Source: Mobula birostris
Taxonomy: Eukaryota
Direction: 5' to 3'
Assembly (NCBI RefSeq): GCF_030028105.1
Contig: NC_092370.1
Location: 174,974,647 to 175,038,646, forward strand
Length of the DNA: 64,000 nucleotides
The notes beneath the pieces were generated by a model. It ran no database searches, was not told the origin of the DNA, and saw only the letters and a program-made list of their open reading frames with translations. Positions 25,218 to 40,004 of this stretch are shown piece after piece; the stretch's first letter is position 1; each line of letters opens with the position of its first letter. Position numbers and translations under genes: made by a program.

Positions 25218-25980
25218 ATCAAAGATTTAAAGTACATTTATTATCAAATTGTGTGTACAGAACACAACTCTGAGATGCATTCTCCCACAGGCGGCTATGA
25301 AACAAAGCAGCAACATAGACCCCATTCAAGAAAACATCAAACACCCGACGCGAAAAAAAGAACAAATTAAGCAATGGCAAAAAGTCATAGAATATCAAGC
25401 ATCAAACCAGGAGTACAGTAGTATTCATTTCAGATTAGTTAGTACAACGCTACTAGTACGCTGCAGGCTGTAGGGCCATCCTTTGACCAAGCGCCCCAGT
25501 CCGCATCAATCACCCCGATCAAGCTGCTCAAAAGCAGCAAAAAAAAAAGAGGAACCAAAATCCAGAAACACATGCAACATGAACCTCAAAGTCCCCAAAA
25601 CAAATCCACAGCCTCGCTGAACAATCCTTGCAACATGGATCCCCAAGTCTTCTGCACTTTTCTCCAACAGCTGCTAACGAGATGGAGAGGAAGACGGGTC
25701 AGGCTCAGGTAGAATGTGCCTAATACCTGCCCATCCTCTGCTCTAGACTTCATTGACTTCAACCTTGCTCGATGCCGCAATGGAAGAGAAGCAATGGAGT
25801 CGATCATGGGCTCACGCCCTGTCTCCAGCCTTCCAGGACTTCAGACCACACACAGGGCTCCAAAACTGACTGAACTCCCTTGGAGATGGCAAAACACCAG
25901 ATTACTCAATTGGCCCACAGAAACACCATCAAACTTTATATCACAGTTACCAATTGCATGCAGCTTTATAATAGAATCAT
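25218..25980 (-). mobile_element. Non-LTR retroelement 3' UTR/tail (family of 11520-12220)
   Basis: CAAAGATTTAAAGTACATTTATTATCAAA..TCTGAGAT..TCTCCCACAG is the reverse complement of the tail at 12140-12220. Confidence 0.5.
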
Positions 25981-26317
25981 ATTTGAAAGAAGAAGTAAAA
26001 GAAGTATCTTCATGAACTGTCTGCCGTTGGTTACATTCTCTGATAACATCTTGGAAGCAGAGGACGGAACTAACAGCTAGGAACAGATTTGTCATGGAAG
26101 CTGTAGAATTTAAGATTTCTTAATGGTATGGAATTAAATGTATCAGTTAGTAATGATGACCACAAGACCACAGATTGTTATAAAAACAAAATCTGGTTTA
26201 CTTCTTTGCCCACTCTGATTCCAGATTCACCAAAGTGGTTGACTCTTAAATCCCCTCTGGATGAATTGATATGATGCACAGTTGAACCATACTGCCATGC
26301 TCAGACTATGAATACAC

Positions 26318-29300
26318 TGTGGTTGCGCTGATACGCAACGAGTGAAAGCAACACACTGAGTCGAGCAGGATCTGGTTGAACTGTTTACTATTTCAATCCG
26401 TGCGCTCTTAAGTGCCCGCTCCCAGCATCCCCTGCTCTTAGCGGGGCTGAAGTGACGTCAGCTTCTGGGCCGAGGTCTGCCCCGCACTCAGAACCCTCTC
26501 GGTTGCCGCTGGCTGCTGGAGCCGGTTTGCTTGCCACATGGGCGAGCCTCCACTTGCCCCCCCCCCCCCCCAGCCCCTAGAACCGGCGCTAGGAGGTGCA
26601 GAGTCCACAGCCTGCACACTGTCAGTTCTTTTAGGTGGTCGCCTCGTCGTCATGGGGGTGGCACCGCAACCGGGCGTTCAAGGTCTAAATGCGCCAGTTT
26701 CAGACGGTCAATGGTAAAAGTCTCTTCACGACCACTGATGTTGAGAACACAAGTCATCCCGTTATGGCGCACCACCTTGTAGGGTCCTTTGTATGGTCGC
26801 TGCAGAGGTGGTCTGTGCGCACCTCGACGAACGAAAACATACTTGCTCTGTTGTAGGTCCTTGGGCACGAAAGAGGGTGTTGTTCCATGATGGGACGTCG
26901 GGACTGGGGCAAGTGTTCCAAGCCACTCCCAGAGTTTAGTTAGGACCGCCATAGATGTGTCCTCCTAGCCACGGGGTGCTGGCACAAACTCACTGTAAAC
27001 AAGTTCGGCCGATGATGCGGCCAGGTCCTCCTTGGGTGCTGTGCGGATGCCAAGCAGCACCCAGGGGAGTTTGTCAACTCAGCCTGGCCCTCGGAGGCGT
27101 GCCATCAGGGCTGACTTCAAGTGCTTATGGAAACGTTCCACCAGGCCGTTGGACTGCGGATGGTAAGCAGTCGTTCGGTGGGGCTGGATTCCGAGGAGTT
27201 GTGCCAGTGCAGACCACAAAGCCGATGTGAAGTGCACACCCCTGTCTGAAGTGACATGGGCCGGGAGTCCGAACCGTGTCACCCAGGTGGTAATCAGGGC
27301 TCTGGCGCATGTCTCCGTGGCTGTGTCAGCGAGTGGGATAGCTTCCGGCCACCTCGTGAACCTGTCTACCATGGTGAACAGGTATCTTGCTCCTCTCGAA
27401 ACTGGCAGTGTGCCGATGATGTCCACGTGGACATGTTCAAACCTCCTATGTGTCACCTGGAAGGGTTGCAGTGGGGCCCTCACATGCCTCTGGATTTTGG
27501 AGGTTTGACAGTGTGTGCATGTCCTGGCCCAGTGCCCAACCTGCTTGCGTAGGCCGTGCCGCACAAACCTGTCTGCAATCAGCCGGATGGTCGCCCGGAT
27601 GGAGGGGTGGGCTAAACTGTGCAAGGCGTTAAAAATGCGGCGCCTCCAAACAGTCGGGACAATGGGCCGAGGTTGCCCAGTGGACACATTGCAAAGGAGC
27701 TCATTACCTTCGGGCCCGCTGGGGATGTCTTCGAGGCGGAGTCCTGAGACTGCGGTTCGGTACACCGGCATCTCGTTGTCCAATCATTGCACCTTAGCTA
27801 ATGCCGCGTAATCCACCCCCGGAGACAGAGAGTGCACTCATTGGACGGAAGTGCGTGACAGCACGTCGGCTACCATGTTGTTCTTCCCGGAGATGTGCTT
27901 GATTGTGGTGGTAAACTCCGAGATGTACGACAGGTGGCATTGCTAGCGGCCTGAGCACAGGTCTGACACTTTGGCAGACGCGAAAGTGAGGGGCTTGTGG
28001 TCTGTGAAGACCGTGAACTCCCTCCCTTCCAGGAAATACCTGAAGTGCTGAATGGCAAGGTACAGGGCCAGCAGCTCCCTGTCAAAAGCGCTGTACTTAA
28101 GTTCCAGGGGTCGTAGATTCCGGCTGAAAAAAGCGAGCAGCTTCCACTGGCCTTCGATGAGCTGCTCGAGCACGCCACCAACTGTTGCGTCAGAGGCATT
28201 CACAGTGAGGGCAGTGGGGACGTCAACCCAGGGGTGGGCCAGGAGCGTGGTGTTTGCTAGTATGTTCTTGGCTTGTTCAAAAGCCGCCGTTGCCTCCTCT
28301 GTCCAGGTGACCTCTTCGACCTTGCCGGACATCAAGCCAAAAAGAGGCTGCATGATCCGGGCCGCTGAGGGCAGGAAACAGTGATAAAAGTTAACCATCC
28401 CAACAAATTCCTGCAGGCCTTTAACAGTGCTGGGTCTGGTGAATTGGCAGATGGCTTCAACTTTTACCAGCAGGGGCACAGCTCCATGGCGGTCGATCTG
28501 GTGTCCCAAGAAGTCGATGGCGAATAGGCTCAACTGGCACTTGGCAGGGTTGATAGCCAGGCCGTAGTCGCTTAGGGCAGTGGCAGAGCAGGCGGAAATG
28601 TGCTAGATGTTCCTGGTGGGAGCGACTGGTGATAAGTATGTCATCCAGGTAGATGAACAGAAAGTCCAGATCTCGCCCTACTCCGTCCATCAGGCACTGG
28701 AACGTCTGCGCTGTGTTTTTGAGCCCGAATGGCATCCTGAGGAACTTGAACAGGCCAAAGGGGGTAATGAGGGCCGTCTTGGGTACATCGTCTGGGTGGA
28801 CTGGGATCTGATGATTCCCTTGGACCAGGTCAATCTTCGAAAAGATGCACACCCCGTGCAGGTTGGCCATAAAGTCCTGGATGTGTGGTACCGGATAGCG
28901 ATTGGACGTGGTGGTGCCGTTCAGCCTCCTATAGTTGCTGCATGGTCTCCACCCTCCAGCGGACTAGGGCACCATATGGAGTGGGGAGGCCCATGGGCTG
29001 TCGGAACGCTGCACAATCCCCATCTCCTCCATCATCTTGAATTCCTCTTTTGCGAGCCGGAGCTTGTCGGGCAGTAGCCTGCGGGCCTGGGCATGAAGAG
29101 GAGGTCCCTGTGTGGGGATGTGGTGCATCATGCCGTGCTTGGGGTCTGTTGAGGAAAACTGCGGCATGATGATAGATGGGAACTCCGATAACACTCTGGC
29201 GAACTCGTTGTCAGAATAAGTGACGGAGTCCAGGTGCGGGGCCAGTAAACTGGCCTCACCGAGGAAGAAAGTCTGGAATGTCTTCGCATCGACCAGTCGT

Positions 29301-30614
29301 CGTCCCTTCAAATCCACGGGCAGGCAGTGTGCGTGGAGGAAGTCCGCACCCGGCAATGGCTGTGATACTGCAGCCAGCGTAAATGTCCATGTAAAGCGGC
29401 TGGAACCGAACTGCAAGGGGATGGTTCTTGTGCCATAGGTGCGGATGGTGCCACTGTTGGCTGCCGTAAGTTCTGGTCCTGTTCTTCTAGTTCGGCTGTC
29501 GTGGATCAAGGGGGGTAGGACACTGATTTCCGCCCCCGTGTCCACCAGGAATCTATGCCCGGAGTGCTTGTCCCAAACGTAGAGGAGGCTATCACGGTGA
29601 CCAGCCGCCGTAGCCATCAGCAACGGCTGGTCCTGGCATTTCCCTGGAACGAGCATGGTGGTTGGCAGCGGTGGGCCCCAGAACCCCACCTTTGATGATA
29701 AAAACACCAAGACTCAGAAGTGGTGCCGTCCCTTGGTGTGGGTGTTACGTGCTCCGCTGCTGGGGTGTGGGAGGGCTGGACTTTTGGCCGTGCCGCAGCA
29801 CTAATTTCGATGGTGGTTCTGCCATTTTGTTCGGCGCGCCAAAGCACGTCCGCGTGGGTAACCACCCTGCGCGGGTCTCTGAAGTTTTCATTTGCTAGCA
29901 GGAGGCGGATGTCTTCTGGCATTTGCTCCAAGAAGATCTGTTCAAAAAGCAGGCAAGGCTAATGGCTGTCTGCCAGTGCTAGCATGTCGCTCATCAGGGC
30001 TGATGGCGCGTGGTTGCCCAGGCCGTCCATATGCAGTAACCGTGCGGCCCATTCACGGCGGGAGAGGCCAGATGTGCAGATTAACAGGGCCTTGAGTGCC
30101 TTGTACCTGTCTGTTGCCGGGGGCTGATGCAGAAAGTTGATAACGCAGCCGGCTGTCTCCTGGTCGAGGGCACCTACCACGTAGTAATACCTGGTGGCGT
30201 CTGAGACAATTTGCCTGATCTGGAACTGGGCCTCTGCTTGCTCGAACCAGACCAGGGGTTGAGTAGTCCAGAAGGTTGGCAGTTTAAGGGAAACGGCATT
30301 CTGCAGAGCCGAGTCGTTCATGCTGGGTCCAAGTGCCATTGGACCGTCAGGATCACCAATGTAGTTGCGCTGATATGCAACGAGTGAAAGCAACATACTG
30401 AGTCGAGCAGGGTCTGGTTGAACTGTTTACTGTTTCAATCCATGCGCGCTTAAGTGCCCGCTTCCAGCATACCCCGCTCTTAGTGGAGCTGAAGTGACGT
30501 CGGCTTCTGGGCCAAGGTCTGCCCCGCACTCAAAGCCCTCTCGGTTGCCACTGGCTGTGGACTCACCCGCGACTGCTGGAGCCGGTTCGCTTGCCGTGTG
30601 GGTGAGCCGCCACA
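26318..30614 (-). mobile_element. Full-length, decayed Ty3/Gypsy LTR retrotransposon
   Basis: LTRs at 26318-26554 and 30360-30614. TSD ACAC. PBS TGGTGATCCTGACG (tRNA-Trp-like). G-rich PPT. Gag (LKLPTFW..WF), PR (LVDTGA), RT (YLDD), RNaseH, and integrase with HHCC, DDE and GPY motifs. Confidence 0.97.
26650..30321 (-). pseudogene. Gypsy gag-pol, broken by frameshifts and stops
   Basis: ORFs 29959-30396, 29617-29931, 28964-29710, 28457-28870, 27943-28533, 27079-27783 and 26650-26952 are in canonical domain order. Confidence 0.92.
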
Positions 30615-32984
30615 ACACAAAAGCTTTTCAACTTTCTGTTGCTCATGCAGTATAATGAAGATTCCAAGGCCATCATGCTTTTGTTACAACCAAAAAATCC
30701 AGGTCACGTAATGAGAGTGAAGGGAATATGATGAATTCTGGCATGAAGACTAAAGAACACAACAAAGATAAATTTGTTCCAAGGATTACCCCTCAATAAT
30801 GATCAGTTAGGCACATAGAGAATCTGTATTTACGGACAGGTACCTCTATTGGCTCAGCTAACAGACATATGAATTTATACAACTACACCCATGAAGTTCT
30901 CTGGACCCTCCATGAACAATCAAAGAAGAGAAATGCTAATACCTGGGAAAAGGAGTATATGCTGGCCTTTAGTTTTTCTTGATACCAATATAATCTCCAC
31001 TTTTCTGACGTGAGGTCATCTACTTCTGCAATTGTTGGTCTCCATAAAGTTGTCACTGTCTGCACTCCTGAAGTCCTCTATTCTTATACCTTTCTTATCA
31101 GATCAATCTATGATGCTTCAATTTTGTTGGTTCCAGGTTGTCTAACTGACCTGTATTAGTTCTCATGTGATCTGGCTCAAGGTTACAAGCAATATTGCTT
31201 TATAACTGTTTCCTTAAGGCTTGTGACCTAGGTAAATGTTCTTTGTTTTGTTGAACTCAGATTGGTTCAAATCAGTTAAACCAGGTCAGCCAAACACTGG
31301 ACCCAGATGGCAAGCTCACAGGCTGTTCCTTCTGCATGCCTGTCACTTTACATAACAAACGGCCTCTTATCTGAGAATGGCCTCAGGTTTAGCAGATCAT
31401 CAGCAGAAATTCCTTCTGTCTATGTTCAGTTGCTTTAATCAAGTTATCCTTGAAAATTTTAACAAATAGTTCACAAAATGGCTGCCTCCATTCCTGCAAC
31501 CACATGGTAAGTACAAAGATTTTTGCTTTCTCTATTTCCACTGCGCTTTCCTCATTCGTGTTAGCTGATTTGTAGATTGTAGTTCTTTCTGGTCAACAAT
31601 TTTATATCTGTTTATCTGGTTCCATGTATTTTCTTCCTTCATACTCAACAAAAATAAAAATTGCTTCATCTCATGATGCAGTGTTTAGATTGTTTGCAAT
31701 GTTATACATTAGTTATCTGCCTCATTCCAACATATTTCATGTGTTATATATTTTTAGTTATCTTTCTTGGGTTGCTTTAGAACAGATGTATTTTTATTAA
31801 TTCATACTGAACTCCTGAACCTGACTGATAGTTTTGTATATTTTATGTGTAGAGAAAATATTAGGAATTCAAATCCAGTATATTGCATTAAAGAGGTAGA
31901 TATGAGAGGCTATGTGTTCCTTATTTTGAAAGGCAAAACTTTTGTTTTGCCGGACTTAATATTATAGAACTGCTGGAATGTAGTTTAAATTTGGTTCGTA
32001 TTCTTTCCTTGCAATGTAAAGTGTACTTATATAGTGCTTTTTATCAAGTAAAATATTGAAGGTTCTTTAAAGGAGCTTAATGAAATAAAATTTGATACAG
32101 TGGCATGGAAACTGTCCAGATGTTTGATACATTTCCCAGATACTGCTGAAAAACACCTAAAGGTGGAAACAGAGGCAAAGAATGGTTAGGTATGAATTCT
32201 GGAGTTATGAATCAAGAAGTGGGGCACAGTGAGTGATGATAGAATGTCCAAAAGACAAGAATTAGAGGAGTGCTGATGATTCAGAAGGTTACAGAACTCA
32301 TAAAGAATACAGAGATGGAAGGATTAGTGCCAAAGAGGATTTGAAAAAAAGAATGACATTTTTAAAATCTTGGTCATATGTTCCAAATACTTTGTTGAGA
32401 ATGGGAAATCAAATTAGTTGGCAACTGAGGTAGGAAGAAAAAGGATTAATTGAATTCTAGAGCTGAATTCTATGTCTTGTATATACTTGTATGAAAGAGT
32501 CCACAAAATCTTTTGATGAAACAGAGGTATTTTTATTAATTTTTAGTGTTCCAAGACTCATGACCTCAGCTGATAGTTTTGTGTGTGAAATATGTTAGAG
32601 ATGTTAGGAAACCAAAATGTGTATAGTTCATACTTCTAAATTAAAATACAAAAATAAAGCTTGTGCTCATCATTTTGTAAGCCTTATTTTAACAGTATTT
32701 TCGATTTTAAGTCTACTGATATGTAGCCAAATTCTGATGTACAGACTTTAGCACACTGTTCATTTTTGATAGTTGAGCTTTCACACCAGTGCTGATCATG
32801 CCAAAAGTTTGTTGGTTTTATGAGCAAAGAGAATGGTTTGAATTGATCTCCAGAAATAAAAATAAATTAATTTTTATGATGATTCGTCCAGGATAAGATG
32901 AATTATATGTGGTCTTTAGAAGGAATATTTATGAAGTTTGAACTTGATTTTTTAGCTCTTTTCTTATGAAGTTCCTTGTGATTA

Positions 32985-33206
32985 TTTTATGTTTTGTAGT
33001 TCCGGAAATTAATTGAAAGAAAAACACGAGTCGGGATCTTGTCTGCTTAGTTTCTTTTTCTTTATGATGTGGTAGTGTAATCATGTATGCCATTCATGTA
33101 CAGTATTTCTTACATAATGAATTATATAAACAGTAATATATTTGCTTAATCGAACAATATATTTACATTATTACTGAAAGATTACTGAAATATTAAATAC
33201 ACTAAA
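32985..33206 (-). mobile_element. Possible degraded solo LTR
   Basis: About 220 bp flanked by ATTA/ATTA. The termini read TT..AA rather than TG..CA. Confidence 0.3.
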
Positions 33207-33528
33207 ATTATCTATTTGGAAACACAGATATTTTTTAATATTCCGCACCATTCTAGCACAAAAGTAAGCCACTGCCTTTTTGCAATTTCCTTGTCTATTA
33301 ACATTTTAATTACCATTTTGCTACATCAATTTATTTTCTCCTTGGTGCTCATTCTGTTTTTGTATGTCATAGTTTAATTCCAATGCCAGAGCATTCTACC
33401 AATATAATTTTACTAGATCATGCCGAGTCCACGCAATCCAAGCAACTGCTGAGCAATATTAACACCTTGATGCCCATCTTTAATAGATCTGATAGCTTTT
33501 AGACAACTTCCTGCTGGCAAAATCCTTT

Positions 33529-34385
33529 ATCAGATTCAGATTTGTTATCACCGATTTAGTTGGTAGGAAATTTGTTGTTTTGCAGCAGTGAAAGAACGAC
33601 AAAGGCATAACATTATTATAAATTACGAAAATAAGTACCTAATACAGAAAATATTGTGATAGTATTCATGAATTCTGATTGTGGAGGGGAAGAAACTTCT
33701 TCTGAATTGTTGAGTGTGGGTCTTCCATCTTCTATACTTTCTTCCTGATGATAGTATCAAGAAGAGGGCATGTCCCTGCTGGTAAGAATCCTTAGTGATG
33801 GATACTGGCACCACTTCTTGAGCACGACCTCAATGATGGTGACAATTGTGCTGAAATAGACGTGGCTGAGTCTAAAGTCCTCTGCAGTTTCTTGCAATTC
33901 TGTGCATTGGAGCCTCCATACCAGGCAGTTATGCAACCAGTCAGGATGCTCTCCATCATAAATCTATAGCAATTTATAAGAATATTTGATGGTATACTGA
34001 ATCTTCTCAAACTCCTAATGAGGCAGGCGCCACTTCTGTGTCATTTCTGGTGTCCGTTCTTCGTGATTTAATTGTTGATTTCGGCCCAACATAGATCCTC
34101 AAAAATGTTGACATCCTGGAAGTGAAGCTGCTTACCCCTTTCCAATGCTGACTCCTTAGTGAGGACTTGTATATGTTGTCCTACCTTCCCCTTCCTGAAG
34201 TTCATAATTAATTTCATGGTCTTGCTGATGTGTGCAAGGTATTGTTATGGCACCACTCAAACAGTTTATCTGGTTCATTCCTGTATGCCTCTTCATCATC
34301 TGAGATTATTCCAACAACAATAATGTCACTGGCAAATTTATGGATGGTGTTTGAGCTAAACTTAGCTACACAGTCGTAAATATGT
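33529..34385 (-). mobile_element. Rex1/Babar-type LINE 3' part
   Basis: ORFs encode YRFMMESILTGCITAWYG and LSSGRKYR..SFFPSTIR. Tail seen on + as ATCAGATTCAGA. Confidence 0.85.
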
Positions 34386-34854
34386 ATCCTTGTGTATCTA
34401 TTAATAAAAAGTGTATCTAATAATCAGAGATATTTAAGAATAATTCATTCAGTAAATACTAATACAAAACAAAAATACTTAAAATTTAAATGAATTAAAA
34501 ATGGGAAGTAAAATAAAATAAAACTTCTTACTTGCACTTGGCCTTTCACTGAAAGTTGGAAAACCCATTTAAACCAATGTGAACATATGTCAACTTATTC
34601 CTGGCATAAGCAGAGAGTCACAGTCAAAAATTATTTCACCACTCAGCTCAGTATTTTTGTACTACTTTTGAGGGTCAGTCAAAAATTTAAGTCAAGCCTT
34701 AACATCTGACATCCATTTTCTTTTTAACTTTTGCCTTGGAGTGTATGAATGAGGAAACTGGAGACAAGCTCGCAGTGCAGTGGGTATTATAAGTAGTTCT
34801 CAGCAGAATTGCCAGCAAAACATTAGTATATTTAGGTCCAGTGTAGAAATTTAA

Positions 34855-36212
34855 ACCAGAATCAGGTTTAATAACACTGACATATTGTGAAATTTGTTAT
34901 GTTGTGGCAGAAATACAGTGCAAAACATAAAAAAACTATAAATTACAATACGATCTACACTTTAAAAAATTGAATTATATCAGTTTGTGCAAAAGGAGAG
35001 CAGTAGTGCTTATAGGCCGGTTCATTGTCCATTCAGAAATCTGATGGCAGAGGTGTAAAAGCTGTTCCTTAAATGTTGAATGTGCATCTTCAGGATCCTT
35101 TAAGTCCTCTCTGATGGTAGTAATAAGAAGAGAGCACGTCCTGAGCGTTGGTGGTCCTTAATGATGGATGCCACCTCTTAGAAATCATTAACTTTTGAAA
35201 ATGTCATCGATGCTGGGGTTGGGGGCTAGTGCCCATGATGGAGCTGACCAAGTTTGCAACCAACTGCAGCTTTTTCTGATCCTGTGCAGTGGCCCCTCCA
35301 TACCAGACAGTAATGCAACGAGTTAGATACACTCCATTGTACATCTGTAGAAATTTGCTGGAGTCTTTGGTGACATACCAAATCTCCTCAATCTCCTAAC
35401 GAAATATAGCCACTGAAATGCCTTCTTCATAATTGCAATAATATGTTGGGCCCAGGATAGATCTTCTGAGATATTGATACCCTGAAACTTGAAACTGCTT
35501 ACCATTTCCACAATTGATCCCTTGATGAGGACTGGTGGTGTTCCTTCAATTTCTTCTTCCTGAAGTCCACAATCAGTTCCCTGGTCCTACAGACGTTGAG
35601 TGCAAGGTTGCTGCTGTGACAGCACTCAATCAGCCAATTAGTCCTGTATGCCTTCTCTTCACCATCTGAGATTCTGCCGATAACATTGTGTCATCATCAA
35701 ATATGTAGATAGTGTAGATAGTGTTTGAGCTGTGCATAGCCACACAGTCATGGGTGTAGAGTGAGAAGAGCAGCAAGCTAAGCATGTATCCTTGAGTTGT
35801 GACAGTGTTGATTGTCAGCAAGGAACAGATGTTATTTCCGATCGCACTGGCTATGGTCTCCGATGAGGAAGTCGAGAATCCAGTTGCAGTGGGAGGTACC
35901 TCAGGTTTTGAGGCTCGTTGGTGAGTACCGAGGGCATGATGTTGTTAGACGCTGAGCTGTAATCAATAAACAGCAACCTGGTGTAGGTATTGCTGTTGTC
36001 CAGGTAATCTAAGACTAAGTGGAGAGCCAATGAGATTGCATCCGCTATAGACCTATTGTGGCAGTAGGCGAAGTGCAGCGGGTCCAGGTCTCTGCTTAGG
36101 TAGGAGTTAATTCTGGCCACAATCAACCTCTCAAAACTCTTCATCATAGATATCAGTACAACTGGGTAATAGTTGTTCAGGCAGCTCACCCTGCTCTTGA
36201 GCACTGGTATGG
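34855..36212 (-). mobile_element. Rex1/Babar-type LINE RT plus 3' end
   Basis: ORFs encode LDPLHFAY, RLLFIDYSSA, LFSLYTHDC, FDDDT and FYRCTMECI. Confidence 0.88.
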
Positions 36213-37084
36213 CAGTGAGAGATTGAAAATTTGACAAAACTCCTTCCGAAATATATAAATATTGTCTTGAAGAAACAACTAATGAAATAGGTAAAGATGA
36301 TGCTATAAATGTCATATATGGATAATCAGAAAGTTACTTATTCAGGCTTGGAAAGAGGCTTGCTTAAAATAAAGTTATCTAAATGGAATGAAAATGCATA
36401 CCTGTCTATTAAGAGAAAGTTAATTGACAGACTACAACAAAGATAAAAGGTAAATACTTATTGTTGAAAGTTAAGCCCAAAATCTGGTTTTACACTCCAG
36501 TGTAGTATTATCTGAACTATTATTTTTTTGATAAACTGAGTCCTGTCTTCCATACCAGATGGATGTACAGTAAAATATCCAATGACATATTTGGAACAGG
36601 GATAAGAGGGTTATCCTAGGTATCCTCTCCAATATTTATTCTTCAAGCAACATCTTAAAAACAGTTTATCTGGTTATTGTCACATTGCTGTTTGAGGGAA
36701 TTTGTTGTGAGCAAATTGGATGTCTGTTTTCTACATTACGTCAGTTGCTTATCCTTTAAATGTACTGTACTTATTTAGTCAAAAAGCATTTTCAGGGGAG
36801 CTTGAGGTTGTTAAATTAGAGTGCAGATAAATAACACCATGAAGTGCTAAAAGCATTTTGAATGTTATAAGCACAAAGACCACCGAAGTAATGAATTGTA
36901 AGAAGTCTTAACGTTTGAAGTACGATGCACTTAGTTGGTAACACTTAAATGTTACATGTAATTGTGAGAGATGTTTATGGTTAGGACATTAATAGGATAA
37001 AATATGCTGCTTATTTGTACTACACATATTAGGCATAAGAAATTGTAGTTGTAACTGGGTCACGTTACTGTCTATATATATATA

Positions 37085-37570
37085 TAGGCTGAGAGAGCAA
37101 TTAGGCTTCACACCTGATGGCATGAACATTGATTTCTTGAACTTTTGGTAACAACTTCCTTCTGTTCACTCTCCGCTTTTCCTTATCCCTTGAATTCTGG
37201 TGGTCCTCTCACCCCTTCCTTTCTCCTTCCCTGCCCTCATGACTTTCGTTTAGTTCCCTATTTCCTTCCCTTTATTCCCCAATCTATTGTCCACTCATAT
37301 CAGATTCCTTCTTCAGCCCTTTTTGTTTTCTCACATCATTCCCTACCCATACAGTTTCCCCCTCACCTAGTCTCACCTATCACTTGCCAGCTTGTACTCC
37401 TCTCCTCCCCCACCTTATTCTGCATTCCTTCCTTTCCAGTTCTGATGTAAAGTCTCAGCCCAAATATTGTTTAATTTTCCTCTGTAGATGCTGCCTGATA
37501 TGCTGAATGCCTTCAGCATTTATGTGTGTTGCTCAAGAGTTCCAGTATGTGCAAAATCTCTTGTGACTCT
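37085..37570 (+). mobile_element. Degenerate Penelope-like 3' region
   Basis: CCTGATGGCATGAACATTGATTTC, then a CT-rich tract, then GTAGATGCTGCCTGA..CAGCATTT. Confidence 0.75.
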
Positions 37571-37745
37571 GATCTACTTTTTGGACTGCATTCTCCTTTT
37601 CAGTGCTTTAACTCCTAATATTCTCTGCTGTTCCTGCTCTCATTTCCTTCTGGAGTGCCTTCTCTGAGAACAGGATATCCATTCTGCCTTCCACCTATAT
37701 TTCACTTCATTTAGACCAACTGCCAGAACAATGGACTACTGTTCA

Positions 37746-38878
37746 TTAAGGATCATAAATGACACTTCTAATTTTTTCTAAATTTAAACACAATGAAGTT
37801 TGAGAGAACCAATGAAATGTGGTGGGAGGATTGATCTCTTCCCAATTCAGCAAAATGCATCTTCTAGCCATTAATGTAAGAAATGCAATCAACCGACGAG
37901 CTGAAGAGGTTAAATGATTTGGTTCTATCGTTGGTAAACCAAAAATTGCAGTGATAGGGTGAGGTTGTAAATCAATACTCAGAACAGTTGAAATAATATC
38001 AAAGATCTCTTTCCAGTATTTTTTCAAAAAAGAACATGACCAAAACATATGAGTTAAAGAAGCTATCTCAGAGTGGCATCTATCACATACAGGATTTATT
38101 TGGGAGTAATAATAAGCTAATTTATCCTTAGACATATGGGCCCTATGTACTACTTTAAACTGTATCAACAGATGTTTAACACATATAGAGGATGAGTTAA
38201 CTAATTGAAGAATTTTTTCCCATTTTTCAATAGGTAAAGTAAGCTTAAGTTCCCTTTCCCAGTCATTCTTAATTTTATTAGATACGTCTGGATGTATTTT
38301 CATAATTATATTGTAAATAGTTGCTATTATACCTTTCTGAAAAGGATTTAAATCTAAATCTTTTTCCAAAACAGCCGTTGGATATAGATTTGGGAAGGTA
38401 GGAAGAACAGTATTTAACAGTATTTCTAATCTGTAAATATCTAAAGAAATGGGATCTAGGCAAATTATATTTATTAGATAATTGTTCAAAGGACATGAAA
38501 CAATTATCCAAAAATAGATCACAAAATTGTAATATACCTTTGGTTTTCCAAGCCAAATAGAGGGTTGAAAAAAAATTAGATATAATAAGACTTGCTAGAA
38601 TAAATTGATTCAACCCAAAAATTTTTCAAAATTGAAACCATATTCATAGAGTATATTTAACTATTGGATTATCCATTTGTTTATGCAATTTAGAAAGAGT
38701 AAAGGGAAGCGGTCCCTAAGATAGAACCCAGTGGAAACCCTTGTACAGATTTACATTCAAAATTTACCCAATGTGGACTTGAATTTATGTCCAAGTCCCA
38801 TGACCAAAATTTTAAATATCGAATATTAATTGCCCAATAGTAAAATCTAAAGTTCGGCAAAGCCAGATCACCCTCCAG
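37746..38878 (-). mobile_element. L1-clade LINE ORF2 C-terminal fragment
   Basis: DLALPNFRFYYWAINIRY near 38820-38870. Zinc knuckle CDRC..THMFWSC in ORF 37746-38522. Confidence 0.88.
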
Positions 38879-38881
38879 TTG

Positions 38882-39680
38882 CTACTCTCTGCGTAAAAAA
38901 AAAGTACCTTTGACATTCCCTAAATCATCACCCCCCCCCCTTACCTTCAGTTGTCTTAAAATTAAGCTCTCTTGATTTTGACATTTTCTTCTTGAGAAAA
39001 AGGCATGCTTCTTATCATCTTGTACACCTATCAAGGCAACTCTCATCCTCCTTTGCTCCAAAGTGAAAAGTTCCAGCTCACTCAACCTTTCCTCATATTC
39101 TGCACCCTCTGTAAAGCTTCCACATCCTTCTTATAATGGGGTGACTGGAACTGAACACAATACTCCCAAGTGTAGTGTAAACAGAGTTTTATAGGGATGC
39201 AACATTACCATGTAGTTCTTGAACTCAGTTCCCCTTCTAATGAAGGCTCACACACCATACACCTTCTTAACCACCTTGTGAACTTGTGTAGCAACTCTGG
39301 GGATCCATGCACCTGGACCCCAAGATTCCAGTATTCCTCTACATTGCTAAGAATCCTGCCATTAACTTTGTACTCTGTCTTCACGTTTGACCTTCCAAAG
39401 TGTATCACTTCACACTTTAAAGGATTAAATTCCATCTGCCACTTCTCAGCTCAGCTCTGCATCCTATCAATGTCGTATTATAACCTACAGCAACTTCTTA
39501 TACTATCAACAACACCACTAACCTTTGTGTCATCTGCAAATTTACTAATCCATCCTTCTACTTCCTCATCCAAATCATTTAAAAAAATCACAAGGAGCAG
39601 GAGTCCCGGGTAGATCCGCGTGGAACAACACTGGTCACTGACCTCCAGGCAAAATTCACTCCAACTACTACCACCCACTA
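38882..39680 (-). mobile_element. CR1 LINE fragment
   Basis: Encodes FLNDLDEEVEGWISKFADDTK and MEFNPLKCEVIHFGRSN. Confidence 0.88.
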
Positions 39681-40004
39681 CTTTCAGTTGGCAACATCAT
39701 TAATTTAACCCATTTGTACAGATTTATATGGATTGTTACTTTCTTAACAGTACACTGACTTGGCTTACTTTCAGCTCTGTCACATATAATCTTGTTTTTG
39801 ATCCTCTGCACAATCAACAACTGACTGTCTTCCTGTCTTCCTCTCAATTGGAGGTGGTTAAAGCCACTTCAGTCTTTGCCCTCATATATTTCAAGTTAGA
39901 GACATTTCACTTAGCTGAAATATGACGACTGCAGCTTATTGTAACTTATCAGAAAATTCATATCAACAAATCATATATAAATTGTTGCAGGATCGATCTT
40001 CTAA